Shown here one piece after another: positions 10,071 to 20,200 of a stretch of 64,000 bases of DNA (positions are counted from its first letter, which is position 1; each line of letters opens with the position of its first letter). The stretch is from the NCBI GenBank assembly GCA_963825525.1, contig CAWGTN010000002.1:1024001-1088000 (forward strand). The letters run 5' to 3'. The position numbers and the translations under genes are program-made. The stretch comes from an uncultured Chloroflexia bacterium (GTDB lineage Bacteria > Chloroflexota > Limnocylindria > QHBO01). Under the pieces are notes generated by a model. It was not told the DNA's origin. It searched no databases and worked only from the letters and a program-made list of their open reading frames with translations.

Positions 10071-11645
10071 CTAGCCCGCGACGGGCGCGGCCGCCGCGGA
10101 CGCCTCCGAGTCCTTGGCTGACGGGTTGCGAATTCCCACCGCGTTGATCGCCGCGCCCGCGAACAGGAGGAGCGCGGAGACGAACATCGCGAGATGGAAC
10201 GCGTCGGTGGACGCCTCCCGCACGGCTGCTGCCAGCGTCGCGTCGGTGCCGGGGGGAACGCTGGTCAAGGGCTGGATCTGCTGTGCGCGGGCGTCATCGG
10301 CGCTCAAGCCGGGGACCCGCTCGGCGAGGAGTGGGTAGAAGCTGGCCGTGATCGCGATGAACAGGACGGCGCTCATGAGGGGCGCCCCGACCCGCGACAC
10401 CGCGTTGTTGATGGCCGAGCCGAGTCCGGCACGCCGCACCGGCACCGAGCTCATGAGAGCCGTGGTGAGGGGCGCCACGAGGAGCGAGATGCCGATTCCG
10501 AAGACCAGCAGTGGCAGGATCACGTCAATGATGGCGTCGCCCGGTGGGACGAGGGAGGACGGGACGGTGAGATCCGCGGCCCACGCCTGGCTGTCTGCCG
10601 GGATGCGCGCCAGCCACAGCAGGCCGAGTCCCATGATGATGGGGCCGATGGTGAGGAACAGGCGCGGACCCAGGCGGCCGGCCAGCTGCCCGGCGGGCGT
10701 CGAGAGGAATGTGAGGCAGATCCCGACCGGCAGGCCGATCGCGCCGGCGGCGACCGGCGAGTAGGCCAGCGTGCCCTGCAGGAACAGGCTCTGGAAGATG
10801 AGCGTCACGTACAGCGCGCCGTAGATCACGAACGTGGACAGGTTGACCACCGTGAAGTTGCGCGACGAGAACAGGCTCATCGGCACCAGCGGGTTCGCGC
10901 GCATGCGCATGAGGAACGGAAAGGCGATGGTCGCCACCGCTCCGATGGCCAGGGATATCCACGCGATGACGTCCTGCCACTGGCGTTCCGCCCCGCGGGT
11001 GGCACCGAATGCCAGCCCGCCGACCCCGATCGCGATGACGATGGCCCCCAGCCAGTCGAACGAGCCATCGGCCTCCTCGTCGCGGCTCTCGGCGACGACC
11101 GACGTGGCGTACAGGGCAATGAGCACGAGCGGCACGTTGATGAGGAATGCGGCACGCCAGCTGATCGACTGGACCAGGAATCCGCCGAGGAACGGGCCGA
11201 GGATCATGGTGGCCGAGGTGCCGGCCGCCCACAGGCCGATCGCCCGTCCGCGGTCCTCGCCCTCGAACGTGGCGGTGATGATCGAGAGGCTGCCGGGTAC
11301 GAGCAGCGCTCCGAAGGCACCCTGCACCAGCCGGGCCAGGATGAGGAGCTCCATGTTCGGCGCCAGCCCGCAGGCTATCGACGCAGCACCGAATCCGACC
11401 AGGCCGATGCGGAACATGCGCCGCCGTCCATAGAAGTCGCTGATGCCGCCGGCCAGGATGAGCAGCGCGGCCAGGACCGCGAGGTAGCCGCTGTTGACGT
11501 ACGTGAGGCCCTCGACGCGGCCCACCAGGGTCGACGGAAGCTCGCGACCGATCGTTTCGAGGGCGACGTTCACGATCGTGCCGTCCAGGAAGACGATGGC
11601 CGATCCGAGAATGACCGCCAGCAGGGTGCCGAAACGGGTGCTCAC
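10071..11645 (-). CDS. MFS transporter, DHA2 (14-TM) family
   Basis: FLDGTIVNVAL, GGISDFYGRRR, WRAAFLINVP motifs. Confidence 0.92.
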   Translation of the reverse strand: MSTRFGTLLAVILGSAIVFLDGTIVNVALETIGRELPSTLVGRVEGLTYVNSGYLAVLAALLILAGGISDFYGRRRMFRIGLVGFGAASIACGLAPNMELLILARLVQGAFGALLVPGSLSIITATFEGEDRGRAIGLWAAGTSATMILGPFLGGFLVQSISWRAAFLINVPLVLIALYATSVVAESRDEEADGSFDWLGAIVIAIGVGGLAFGATRGAERQWQDVIAWISLAIGAVATIAFPFLMRMRANPLVPMSLFSSRNFTVVNLSTFVIYGALYVTLIFQSLFLQGTLAYSPVAAGAIGLPVGICLTFLSTPAGQLAGRLGPRLFLTIGPIIMGLGLLWLARIPADSQAWAADLTVPSSLVPPGDAIIDVILPLLVFGIGISLLVAPLTTALMSSVPVRRAGLGSAINNAVSRVGAPLMSAVLFIAITASFYPLLAERVPGLSADDARAQQIQPLTSVPPGTDATLAAAVREASTDAFHLAMFVSALLLFAGAAINAVGIRNPSAKDSEASAAAAPVAG

Positions 11646-11673
11646 GCCGTCATCCTACGCCCGCATTGCCCGG

Positions 11674-13053
11674 TCACGCGATCGGTTCGAAGCGGGCCGT
11701 GAAGTGCCGTAGCGCGGCAGGTTGTTCGACGATCCGGTAGCCGCGCAGCTCCGACGCGCGCTCGGCCACCCAGCAGATGACCTCGATGCAGTAGTCGACG
11801 TGCGACTGGGTGTACATCCGGCGCGGGATCGCGAGGCGGACCAGCTCCATGGGCGCCGGCGTCTCGGTGCCGTCGGGATGCATGCCGAACATGACGCTGC
11901 CGATCTCCACCGACCGGATCCCGCCTTCCCGATACAGGGCTGCGGACAGTGACTGGCCCGGATACTCGAGCGGCGGGATGTGCGGGAGGAGCGCCCGGGC
12001 GTCGATGTACACGGCATGCCCGCCGATCGGCTGGACGCAGGGGACGCCCGCGGCAACCAGCGCCTCACCGAGGTAGGCGGTCGAGCGGATCCTGTAGCGC
12101 AGGTAATCGTCCTCCACGACCTCGCGCAGTCCCTGCGCCATGGCTTCGAGATCACGGCCAGAGAGGCCGCCGTAGGTGGGGAATCCCTCGGTCAGGATGA
12201 GCAGGTTGCGGCACTGCTCGGCCCATGCGTCGTTGTTCATGGCCAGCCAGCCGCCGATGTTGGCGAGCGCGTCCTTCTTGCCGGACATCGTCATGCCATC
12301 GGCCAGGGCCGCGATCTCGCGCACGATGTCCGGGATCGCGGCGTCGGCGTAGCCGTCCTCGCGCTGCTTGATGAACCACGCGTTCTCGGCGAAGCGACAG
12401 GCATCCAGGAACAGGGGCAGGCCGTAGCGGTCGCAGACCTCGCGGACCGCCCGGAGATTTGCGAGCGACACGGGTTGACCCCCGCCCGAGTTGTTGGTGA
12501 TGGTCACGAACACCACGGGGATGGCATCGGGGCCGCGGTCGCGGATGAGCGCGTCGAGGGCATCGGTGTCCATGTTGCCTTTGAACGGGTGGATGGTTGC
12601 CGGCTCGCGACCCTCGGGGATCACGAGGTCGACGGCCTCGGCGCCGGTGAACTCGACATTGGCGCGGGTCGTGTCGAAGTGCGTGTTCGACGGGATGACC
12701 TTGCCCGGCCCGCCGATGACGCTGAACAGGATCTTCTCGGCCGCCCTGCCCTGGTGAGTCGGGATGACGTGGCGGAACGGCCAGAGCTCGGTGACCGACT
12801 CGAGGAATCGGAACCAGGAGGGGGAGCCGGCGTACGATTCGTCACCGCGCTGCACGCCCGCCCACTGCTCGCTGCTCATGGCGCCGGTCCCGGAGTCGGT
12901 GAGCAGGTCGATGAGCACGTCCGCGGCGTGAAGGTTGAACAGGTTATAGCCCGCCTCACGCAGCCTCTCATCGCGCTCCGCGACGCTGGTCAGGCGTATC
13001 GGCTCGACGCTCTTGATGCGGAAGGGCTCGATGATCGTGGTGAATCGGTCCAT
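11674..13053 (-). CDS. tnaA: Tryptophanase (PLP-dependent beta-eliminating lyase)
   Basis: IDLLTDSGT, HQGRAAE, SGKKD (PLP Lys), RLAIPRR. HFDTT and LRHFTARF residues favour tryptophanase over tyrosine phenol-lyase. Confidence 0.88.
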   Translation of the reverse strand: MDRFTTIIEPFRIKSVEPIRLTSVAERDERLREAGYNLFNLHAADVLIDLLTDSGTGAMSSEQWAGVQRGDESYAGSPSWFRFLESVTELWPFRHVIPTHQGRAAEKILFSVIGGPGKVIPSNTHFDTTRANVEFTGAEAVDLVIPEGREPATIHPFKGNMDTDALDALIRDRGPDAIPVVFVTITNNSGGGQPVSLANLRAVREVCDRYGLPLFLDACRFAENAWFIKQREDGYADAAIPDIVREIAALADGMTMSGKKDALANIGGWLAMNNDAWAEQCRNLLILTEGFPTYGGLSGRDLEAMAQGLREVVEDDYLRYRIRSTAYLGEALVAAGVPCVQPIGGHAVYIDARALLPHIPPLEYPGQSLSAALYREGGIRSVEIGSVMFGMHPDGTETPAPMELVRLAIPRRMYTQSHVDYCIEVICWVAERASELRGYRIVEQPAALRHFTARFEPIA

Positions 13054-13133
13054 CGGCGCCGATGGTAGTCCGTTGCACGTGCTCGCCGATGATCCGGGTG
13101 GCGTCCGACGATCCGGCCATCCATGATGGCCAC

Positions 13134-14081
13134 ATGGGTCGAGCATTGGCGATCTGCGGTTGGCTTGCGTGGCAGACGCGCCGCCGCGTGGGCGGGTTCG
13201 TGGGTCAGGCCATTGCGCCGGCGCTTGCCCTCGTCCTCGTCATCGTCGGCCTGCTGCCGGCCGTGCTCCCCCTCCTCGACCCTCAGCCCCAGGACGCAAC
13301 CGTCGAGGACGTGATCGGCGGCGACGTGAGCCAGCCCGACGGCTGGGTGCGGCTCGTCGGACGGACGATCCCGCTCGAGATGTCTCCGACCGGGGCTCCG
13401 GGACGCTATGCCCTGCTCATCGACGCCGCCAACCAGCTACGCGCAATCGTGATCCGGGCCCCGACGCTGGTTGCCCGCGACGAGATCGCGGTCACGGGCC
13501 ATCTGACCGATGCCACCGTCCTCGTGACGGAGGACCTGCCGATCGAGGCGACCGTGGCCGGCACCCCACCGGTCATCGTGAGCGACCAGCTGTTGACCCT
13601 CGACGCGACACCGAAACCGGTCCGGGCCGTGATGTGGCCACTGGGCATTCCCGCCCTGATGATGGCCGCGGTCCTGCTCGTCGGCGCAAGGGTCGGCTAT
13701 CCGATCTTCCGACCTACCGTGTCGGTCGACGTCCTGGCCCGCCCGCTGGCGGTCGGCGAGCGGATCCCGACCGCCTTCGGCGGTCGAGTCGGGCCTCTCG
13801 CCGCCGACCTGGCTGACCCTGCCGGCGCGCTGCTGCTCATGCGTCGCGACGAGCGCGCCAATCTGCTGACCGTGCAGCCGCTGGCATCGGAGCACGGTCC
13901 AGCGCCGAAGCCGGTGCTCATCGGCGGCGGCTGGACGGCCGGCCGCATCGGCTCGGTCCACACCATCTCCGAGACGATCGCCGCCCTTGAGGTCCGCTCC
14001 GAGCTGGTCGAAGCCACCTTCCTGTTTGCCCGAGACGCGGAGCGCGACCGAGTCGCGGCCCACATCAGCATCGACCGATGA
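13134..14081 (+). CDS. Hypothetical membrane protein (two TM segments)
   Basis: Long ORF with coding-like bias and two hydrophobic stretches; CATGAT lies 6 nt before the ATG. Confidence 0.7.
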   Translation: MGRALAICGWLAWQTRRRVGGFVGQAIAPALALVLVIVGLLPAVLPLLDPQPQDATVEDVIGGDVSQPDGWVRLVGRTIPLEMSPTGAPGRYALLIDAANQLRAIVIRAPTLVARDEIAVTGHLTDATVLVTEDLPIEATVAGTPPVIVSDQLLTLDATPKPVRAVMWPLGIPALMMAAVLLVGARVGYPIFRPTVSVDVLARPLAVGERIPTAFGGRVGPLAADLADPAGALLLMRRDERANLLTVQPLASEHGPAPKPVLIGGGWTAGRIGSVHTISETIAALEVRSELVEATFLFARDAERDRVAAHISIDR

Positions 14082-14144
14082 GCCCAGGGCTTGCCCTGGC
14101 GCGAGAAGATACGTCGTCACACACCGCATTCGGAGGACACGCCG

Positions 14145-14561
14145 ATGGCCTGGGAGTCACTCGGTGGCGAGCTCGCTTCTGCACCCGCGGTGACCAGCTG
14201 GGCGGCCAACGAGATGCAGGTCTTCGCGATCCAACCTGACGGCGCCCTGTGGAACCGCTACTGGGACGGACGCCGCTGGCATGACTGGGAGTCGCTCGGC
14301 GGCGAGCTGGTGGGCAACCCGTCGGCCTGCAGCTGGGGCGCCGACCGCATCGATCTCTTTGCCCGCGGAGCCGATGGCTCGCTGCAGCACTGCTGGTATC
14401 AGCCCGGTGGCTGGACGGGCTGGGAATCGCTCGGCGGCGACCTGACCTCCGATCCGGCGGCAGCAAGCTGGGGGCCGAATCGGCTCGACGTGTTCGGGCG
14501 CGGTCCGGCGGGCGATCTTCAGCACGCGTGGTGGGACGGGTCTTCCTGGTCCTGGGACTGA
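14145..14561 (+). CDS. Small tandem-repeat beta-propeller/lectin-like protein (3 x WESLGG repeats)
   Basis: Three ~46-aa repeats WESLGG-L-S-P---SW--NR-DVFARG-DG-L-H-WW; GGAGG RBS upstream. Confidence 0.85.
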   Translation: MAWESLGGELASAPAVTSWAANEMQVFAIQPDGALWNRYWDGRRWHDWESLGGELVGNPSACSWGADRIDLFARGADGSLQHCWYQPGGWTGWESLGGDLTSDPAAASWGPNRLDVFGRGPAGDLQHAWWDGSSWSWD

Positions 14562-14593
14562 TCCAGGCGGAGGGCATCGACCGTATCGGTGAC

Positions 14594-15097
14594 ATGACCA
14601 CCCATCGCGTCCCGCATCCGTCGTCCGACACCCGCGAATCCGCCTGGGACTACCCACGGCCACCGGCGATCAGCCCGTCGGATCGGCTCGTCCGAATCGT
14701 GCATGGCGGGGAGCTGATCGCCGAATCCCGACGCGCCCTGCGCGTGCTCGAGACCGCCGGCGCACCGGTCTGGTACCTGCCGTCCGCCGACGTGCGGCTC
14801 GACCTGCTGCGCCCCGCCATCGGCCATCAGACCCTTTGCGAGTGGAAGGGGGTGGCCGTGTACCTGGACATCGTGGTCGGCGGGCTGATCAGTGCCCGGG
14901 CCGCGTGGTCGTATCCGCATCCCATGGCCGGATACGAGCCGATTGCCGGCCATCTCGCGTTCTACGCGTCGCGCGTGGACGCCGCGACCGTGGATGGCGA
15001 GCTCGTCCGACCGCAGCCGGGTGGCTTCTACGGCGGCTGGGTCACCGATGACGTCGTCGGTCCGTTCAAGGGCGAGCCCGGCACCGAGGGCTGGTAG
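14594..15097 (+). CDS. DUF427 family protein
   Basis: ESAWDYPRPP, RVLET, CEWKG, AAWSYP, QPGGFYGGW, GPFKGEPGT. Confidence 0.88.
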   Translation: MTTHRVPHPSSDTRESAWDYPRPPAISPSDRLVRIVHGGELIAESRRALRVLETAGAPVWYLPSADVRLDLLRPAIGHQTLCEWKGVAVYLDIVVGGLISARAAWSYPHPMAGYEPIAGHLAFYASRVDAATVDGELVRPQPGGFYGGWVTDDVVGPFKGEPGTEGW

Positions 15098-15120
15098 CTC
15101 CCGCTGCAGCCGGTCCGGGC

Positions 15121-16497
15121 TCAGGCCAGCAGCATCACCACGATGGTCACCACGTAGGCGACGAGCAGCAACCCTCCCACCGCGAGGTTGAGGTTCACGT
15201 TGGTGCCCATCACCGCCATGAGCGTGTACGGGCTGTCGTAGTGGACCTTGATTCCCCGGTGGACGCGGAACACGATCGGCAGCGCAGCCAGCGCGATGAG
15301 GGTGGGCCAGGGAAGCACGCCCGCGGCCGCGCCGATGACGACCACGCCGAAGGCCGCCAGGGCCGCCACCAGGTAGGCCGCCTGGATGATCCGTGGCGAG
15401 AACCGGACCGGCAAGGTGCGCTTTCCGGCCTCGGCATCGCTGCGCCGATCGGGTATCTCGTTCACGAACAGGATGAGGGAGATGAGAATGCCCGGCACGA
15501 ACGACAGCACCAGCGGCTCCACGGCGATTTCGCCGGTCTGGACCACGTAGGCGCCCAGCAGCATGATCGGGCCGAAGCCGATGGCGACCGCGAACTCGCC
15601 GAGCCCCCGATAGACGAGCTTCAGCGGGGGCGCCGTATAGGCGATGCCGACCACGATCCCGGCCACGCCGATCCACAGCAGCGTCATCGAACCGGTGACT
15701 GCCACGAGGAGGAGGCCGATGAGCGCTGCAACACCGAACAGGCCAACGCTGAGCTGGGTCAGGCCACGGATCGTCACGAGATCGTACACCGCCACCCGCG
15801 AGCCTCCCGAGAACTGGGTGGGGGTTGTGTTGGCGTCATCGGCCCCTGAGAGCGTGTCGAAGATGTCGTTCGAAACGTTGATGGCAAGGTGCGCGAATGA
15901 ACCGCCGATGAGGGTCAGCAGCGCCGTCCACCAGGTGAACGCCCCGTGGCTGGCGGCCACCGCGATCCCCAGCAGCACCGGGACTGCGGTCGCCGAAAGG
16001 AACGGCAGGCGCGTCGTGCGCAGGGCGAGCCAGAACGGGCTCAGTTTGGGCCGGATGGTCCGGCCCTTCTCGATCGAGAGCTGACCCAGGTAGCGCCGGG
16101 ACTGCGGGACGGATCGCTCGGAATACTCGAAGAACGGGACCTCGGTCTCGTCCCATCCCCAGGCCCGGGTCGGCGTGAAGGTGACTCCGTCGGTGGTCCG
16201 ACCCCAGAGCTGGATATAGCGACGCTCGTCGTAGCCGATCCCCTCCTGTGGGTGAATGTGGCTGCCCATCACGCTGACCTCGCGATCGGCCGGAATCGGC
16301 ATGGCGGCCGGGACGCTCAGGGTCACGCGCCCGGCGGGCGCGTCCACCGCGAACGATGTGGCCACGCTGGTCGGATACCCCGCATCATCGATCCAGCTCA
16401 CGATCACGTGCGGGTACGCGGCGAGTCGCTCGAGGTCGGCCGGGGTCGGATCGTGGGCCGGGATGGAGCCGGACCGCATCGGGGTGGCGGTGGTCAT
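15121..16497 (-). CDS. MenA/UbiA-family prenyltransferase with an N-terminal PNPOx-like (split-barrel) domain
   Basis: C-terminal RLPFL, NVSNDIFD...GAD, YTAPPLKLVYRGLGE, NEIPDRRSDAEAGKRTLPVR; ~150-aa soluble N-domain (SWIDDAGYP...YIQLWG...FTPTRAWGW); GGAGG RBS. Confidence 0.82.
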   Translation of the reverse strand: MTTATPMRSGSIPAHDPTPADLERLAAYPHVIVSWIDDAGYPTSVATSFAVDAPAGRVTLSVPAAMPIPADREVSVMGSHIHPQEGIGYDERRYIQLWGRTTDGVTFTPTRAWGWDETEVPFFEYSERSVPQSRRYLGQLSIEKGRTIRPKLSPFWLALRTTRLPFLSATAVPVLLGIAVAASHGAFTWWTALLTLIGGSFAHLAINVSNDIFDTLSGADDANTTPTQFSGGSRVAVYDLVTIRGLTQLSVGLFGVAALIGLLLVAVTGSMTLLWIGVAGIVVGIAYTAPPLKLVYRGLGEFAVAIGFGPIMLLGAYVVQTGEIAVEPLVLSFVPGILISLILFVNEIPDRRSDAEAGKRTLPVRFSPRIIQAAYLVAALAAFGVVVIGAAAGVLPWPTLIALAALPIVFRVHRGIKVHYDSPYTLMAVMGTNVNLNLAVGGLLLVAYVVTIVVMLLA

Positions 16498-16985
16498 CAC
16501 GCGACCTCCTGGCGCGGGGCGAGGCTCTCGATCGGAGGCCGGTCCGTTCGACCGTCGGGCCAGTACAGCGCGCGCTCCGGGGTGATCTCGATCACGGCAC
16601 GCTCGAAGAACAGCGGCAGCGCGACGCGTGCCTTGAGGAAGTCGTTGATGGCCGGCTCCTTCGCCCGCCACAGATCGAGAATCAGGCGCTCCCAGTCGGC
16701 GTGCGGGTCGTCGTCGATGACCCGGGCCGTTCCCTGGATCGTGGCGCGGTCGAGATTGCCCTTCATGGCGACCGGATCGGTCAGCGCCAGGCTGACTCGC
16801 GGATCGCGCTTGATGTGCTCGAGCTTCTTGCTGAACAGCGTGGACGAGTGAAGGTAGATCTTGTCGCCGTCATAGAGCGGGATGAGCGGGTGGCTGACCG
16901 GTCGCCCGTTGCGCCCGATGACGGTGAGCTCACCGACCAGCGCGACCTCAAGCAGGCGCTCGATCGGTTCTGCCAGCCATCCCAT
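16497..16985 (-). CDS. Pyridoxamine 5'-phosphate oxidase-like flavin-binding split-barrel protein
   Basis: ELTVIGRNGRPVSHP, SKKLEHIKRDPRVSL, IEITPER; GGAG RBS before MGWL; stop overlaps the next start. Confidence 0.85.
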   Translation of the reverse strand: MGWLAEPIERLLEVALVGELTVIGRNGRPVSHPLIPLYDGDKIYLHSSTLFSKKLEHIKRDPRVSLALTDPVAMKGNLDRATIQGTARVIDDDPHADWERLILDLWRAKEPAINDFLKARVALPLFFERAVIEITPERALYWPDGRTDRPPIESLAPRQEVA

Positions 16986-17098
16986 CGGGGTCTCCATCTG
17001 ATGCAAATAACGTGGTACCTGATCCTAGCATGATTACGTCTCAGGGTCCGCCGACGCATCAGTCAGCGGGTGGCACGCGGGCTGCATCTCGCGATGGC

Positions 17099-17251
17099 AT
17101 GACGATCCAGCAACCGCCGCCCGACCACGTTCCGGACACGCCTGACGAAGACCCGGCCCGCGACGGGGCCCCGGAGCCCGAACAGCAAGCACCCGGTGCC
17201 GATGAGACACCCGTCGGGGCACCGCGGGACGAGCCCGACCCGGTGGAATGA
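17099..17251 (+). CDS. Small acidic Pro-rich hypothetical protein (50 aa)
   Basis: Fills the intergenic gap and is followed immediately by a hairpin; low complexity. Confidence 0.4.
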   Translation: MTIQQPPPDHVPDTPDEDPARDGAPEPEQQAPGADETPVGAPRDEPDPVE

Positions 17252-17253
17252 CC

Positions 17254-17288
17254 GTGAGCGACCCGGCCCGTCCGGCCGGATCGCTCAC
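17254..17288. terminator. Hairpin between convergent genes
   Basis: GTGAGCGACCCGGCC-CGTCC-GGCCGGATCGCTCAC, 15-bp stem with one mismatch; no U-tract. Confidence 0.55.
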
Positions 17289-17298
17289 ACGGAGCCGA

Positions 17299-20200
17299 TC
17301 AGCGGTGGATCTTGATCTGGCCGTTGCGGATCGCCGCCGGCGCCCCGGTGTCGATGACGACGTCGCCCGTCGCCAGCTCCCAGATTCGGATCGCGAGGCG
17401 GTCCGGGCCATCGGTCACCGACACGCGGTAGGCGTAGCCCGAGGCACCGTTCACGGTACCGGTCCCGGCGTAGCGGGCGGCCGAGCCGTCCGGCTCCGCC
17501 ACCAGCCACTCCACGTTGGACGACACGAATGACATCCCGGGCAGGGTGAACGTCGTGTCGCCGCTCGGCACCAGGGACTGGTTCTGGTACTTCGCCGACA
17601 GCTCGAACGATGCGATCCCGGAGCCGGTCGTGATTCGTCCTCCGCCGGTCACCTTGCTGTGCAGGGCGGGGTTGAGACCCACGAGCACCGGATCGTGATC
17701 GGACGATCGGAACGGGTCAGGCGCATACAGGGTCGTCCGGTGGTTGGCCGACTTGAACTCCACGTTGTAGTCGAGGACGGGAGGCTCGTCGGTGTTGATG
17801 TGCCACGGGGCGGCATCGATGACCTGCGCCTGGAACGACGCCGTTGCCTGGGCATGATCCAGGTAGCCCGATGCCCCCTGGAACACGTAGGTGTACGCGG
17901 CGGGACCCTCGAATTCCCACAGCAGGTCGTGGAAGCCGGCATCGGCGAGGGCGTCGATCGGCGTCTCCATGGCGTAGCTGTTGAGGTCGCCGATGATCAC
18001 CGCATCGGGATCGCCGGACGCCGTCGGATCGGCCAGCAGCCAGTCCGCGAGGGCCTCAGCCGCCGAGGTGCGTGTCTCGTTGCAGTTGCCGCCCAGATGG
18101 TCCGGCTGGTCGTCACCGATCCCACAGCCCGAACCCTTCGACTTCAGGTGGTTGACGGCCACGGTGAAGACGGCGCCGGTCGCCGTCTCGGTGAACGACT
18201 GCGCGAGAGCCGGGCGGCTGCGCGTGTCGTCGAACCGCGGATCCACGCTCGAGTCGAGGATCGCAAAGGCTCCCGTCGGGCTCACCTCGGCCGGCTGATA
18301 GATGATCGCGACCGCGATCTCGTCGGTGCCGACGACGCCGGTGCGGACATAGTCGTACGTCCCCGCCCCGACGCTGGCGTTGAGGCCGGCCACCAGGGTC
18401 GCGATGGCCGGGGTCGCATCGGCCCCGTCATTCTCGATCTCCATGAGGCCGACCACCTCCGCATCCATGGCGGCTATGGCGGAGACGATCTTGGCGTGCT
18501 GCCGATCAAACTCGGCGGGGGTGTTCGCCCCACGGGCGGTGGGGAAGCCACCACCGGCACCATCACCGTTGAAGTAGTTCAGGACGTTGAAGGCGGCGAC
18601 CTGGATGCGCCCACCAACGGCCGGCGGAGCGGTCGGGCGGCTTGCCGCGCCGTCGAACGTGATCTCACCCAGCGGCTGGAGCCGATACGAGCCGAATCCC
18701 TCGTGCACGATGGCGGTCAGGCCCGAGACGGATGCCCCGGTTCGCAGGGTGTTGGTGGCGGACAGACCCCCGGTCGGATATCGGGTCGGATCCGCGTTCT
18801 GACTGGTGTTGGCGTCGTCCAGGATGATCCTGGTTCGCGCGTTGAGATCGGAGACCGCCAGCGCGTCCGCACCCGGCTCGGCCTGGTGGGTGCCCTGGTA
18901 CTGGCGACCGAGCGAGCTGAGCACGACTTCACCGAATCGGCCGAGGCTGAAGTTCTCGGTCACCGTCATGGTCTGGGTGAAGCTGGCCAGCATCCCCTCC
19001 CAGCGCTCCCAGTCCCCCGTCGCGCTGACGGGAAGCGTGATCTGGGCCGGCGACGCCGAGTATCCCGTGTCGCAGACGGTGACCCGGGTGCCGACCTGGT
19101 CGATCTGGGTCAGTCCGCTGAACTCCGTCGCGCGTCCCGTCACGCTGACGAGATCGCCGGGCGCGACCGGCACGCTGTTGGTGCCATCGAAGACGAAGAT
19201 GGCCTCCGAGGTCATCGGGTCCGCATCGGCGTCCGCATCCTCCTCCTGGACGAAGAAGCCACGGAGCGTCGGGGATGACCCCTGGTAGTCACCGACCACG
19301 ACACCCTGGACCGTCACCGTGGTCCCGGAGATCGGAGTGCTGGTGCCTGATCCCTGGACGTCGTGGATCAGGTGGGTTGCCGGCGCACAGAATGTGCCGA
19401 CACTGAAGGAGAACACGTGATCCGCGGCCATCGCGTCCGGAGGATCCTCGACGTCCTGGTCGCTCACGTTGGCGGCGACCACGGTGACCGTGCAGGTGTC
19501 CCCGTTCACGAAATTGGCGTCCGGGTCGAGCGAGAAGGTGCTCGGGCCGCCGGATGCGACCGCGGTGTGCGCCCCGCTCGTGCAACCGATGCTGAACCAC
19601 GCCCCGCTGACGTTGACGGGCTCGCTGAAGGTGATGTCGACGTTGGCATCGACCGTGACCCCGGTCGCACCGCTGGCAGGGGACGTGACACTCACCACGG
19701 GGGCCGCGTCGCCCTGGGTCACGGTGTGGGCTCCGAGGCCGTTGAACGTGTCGGTGGCGTAGCCGTCCCACTCAACCGACGGGTCGAACGCATCGGCGCC
19801 GTTGGTGTCGCCGGCGGCAATCGCCACCTTGCGTCGCAGGGTGTTGTCGGCGGTGCTGGTGAGGCCGGTGCCCCACTCCGTTCCCGGGTCGAAGCCGATC
19901 TGGCCGACGACGTCGAGGATGGTCGTCCCGTGGCGGAGGACGACGGCATCGTCGCCGTTGTACCAACTGGCTCCGTTCGTCTGGTCTGCCTGTGCAAGGA
20001 TCGCCGCGCTGGCAGCCGACTGGGCCAAAACGTACACATCACCGTTCGCCACGGATCCGGTCAGGTTGACCGTGGTACCGACGGTCACACCGCCGTTGAA
20101 GTACATCTGGACGCTGTAGGCCTCGGCGGCAAGGTCGATGGTCGCGCCGGTCCCGTTGTAGATCTCGAGCGCCTTGTTGTTGCTCGACCCCTCGATGTAC

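Noticed and set aside
13054-13133. TnaC-like leader peptide upstream of tryptophanase
   Set aside because: The gap is only 80 nt and holds divergent -10-like elements; no credible leader ORF is present.
14145-14561. DNA repeats CTGGGAGTCGCTCGGCGGCGA-like at ~138-nt spacing as a CRISPR-like array
   Set aside because: They are in-frame coding repeats of the WESLGG blades.
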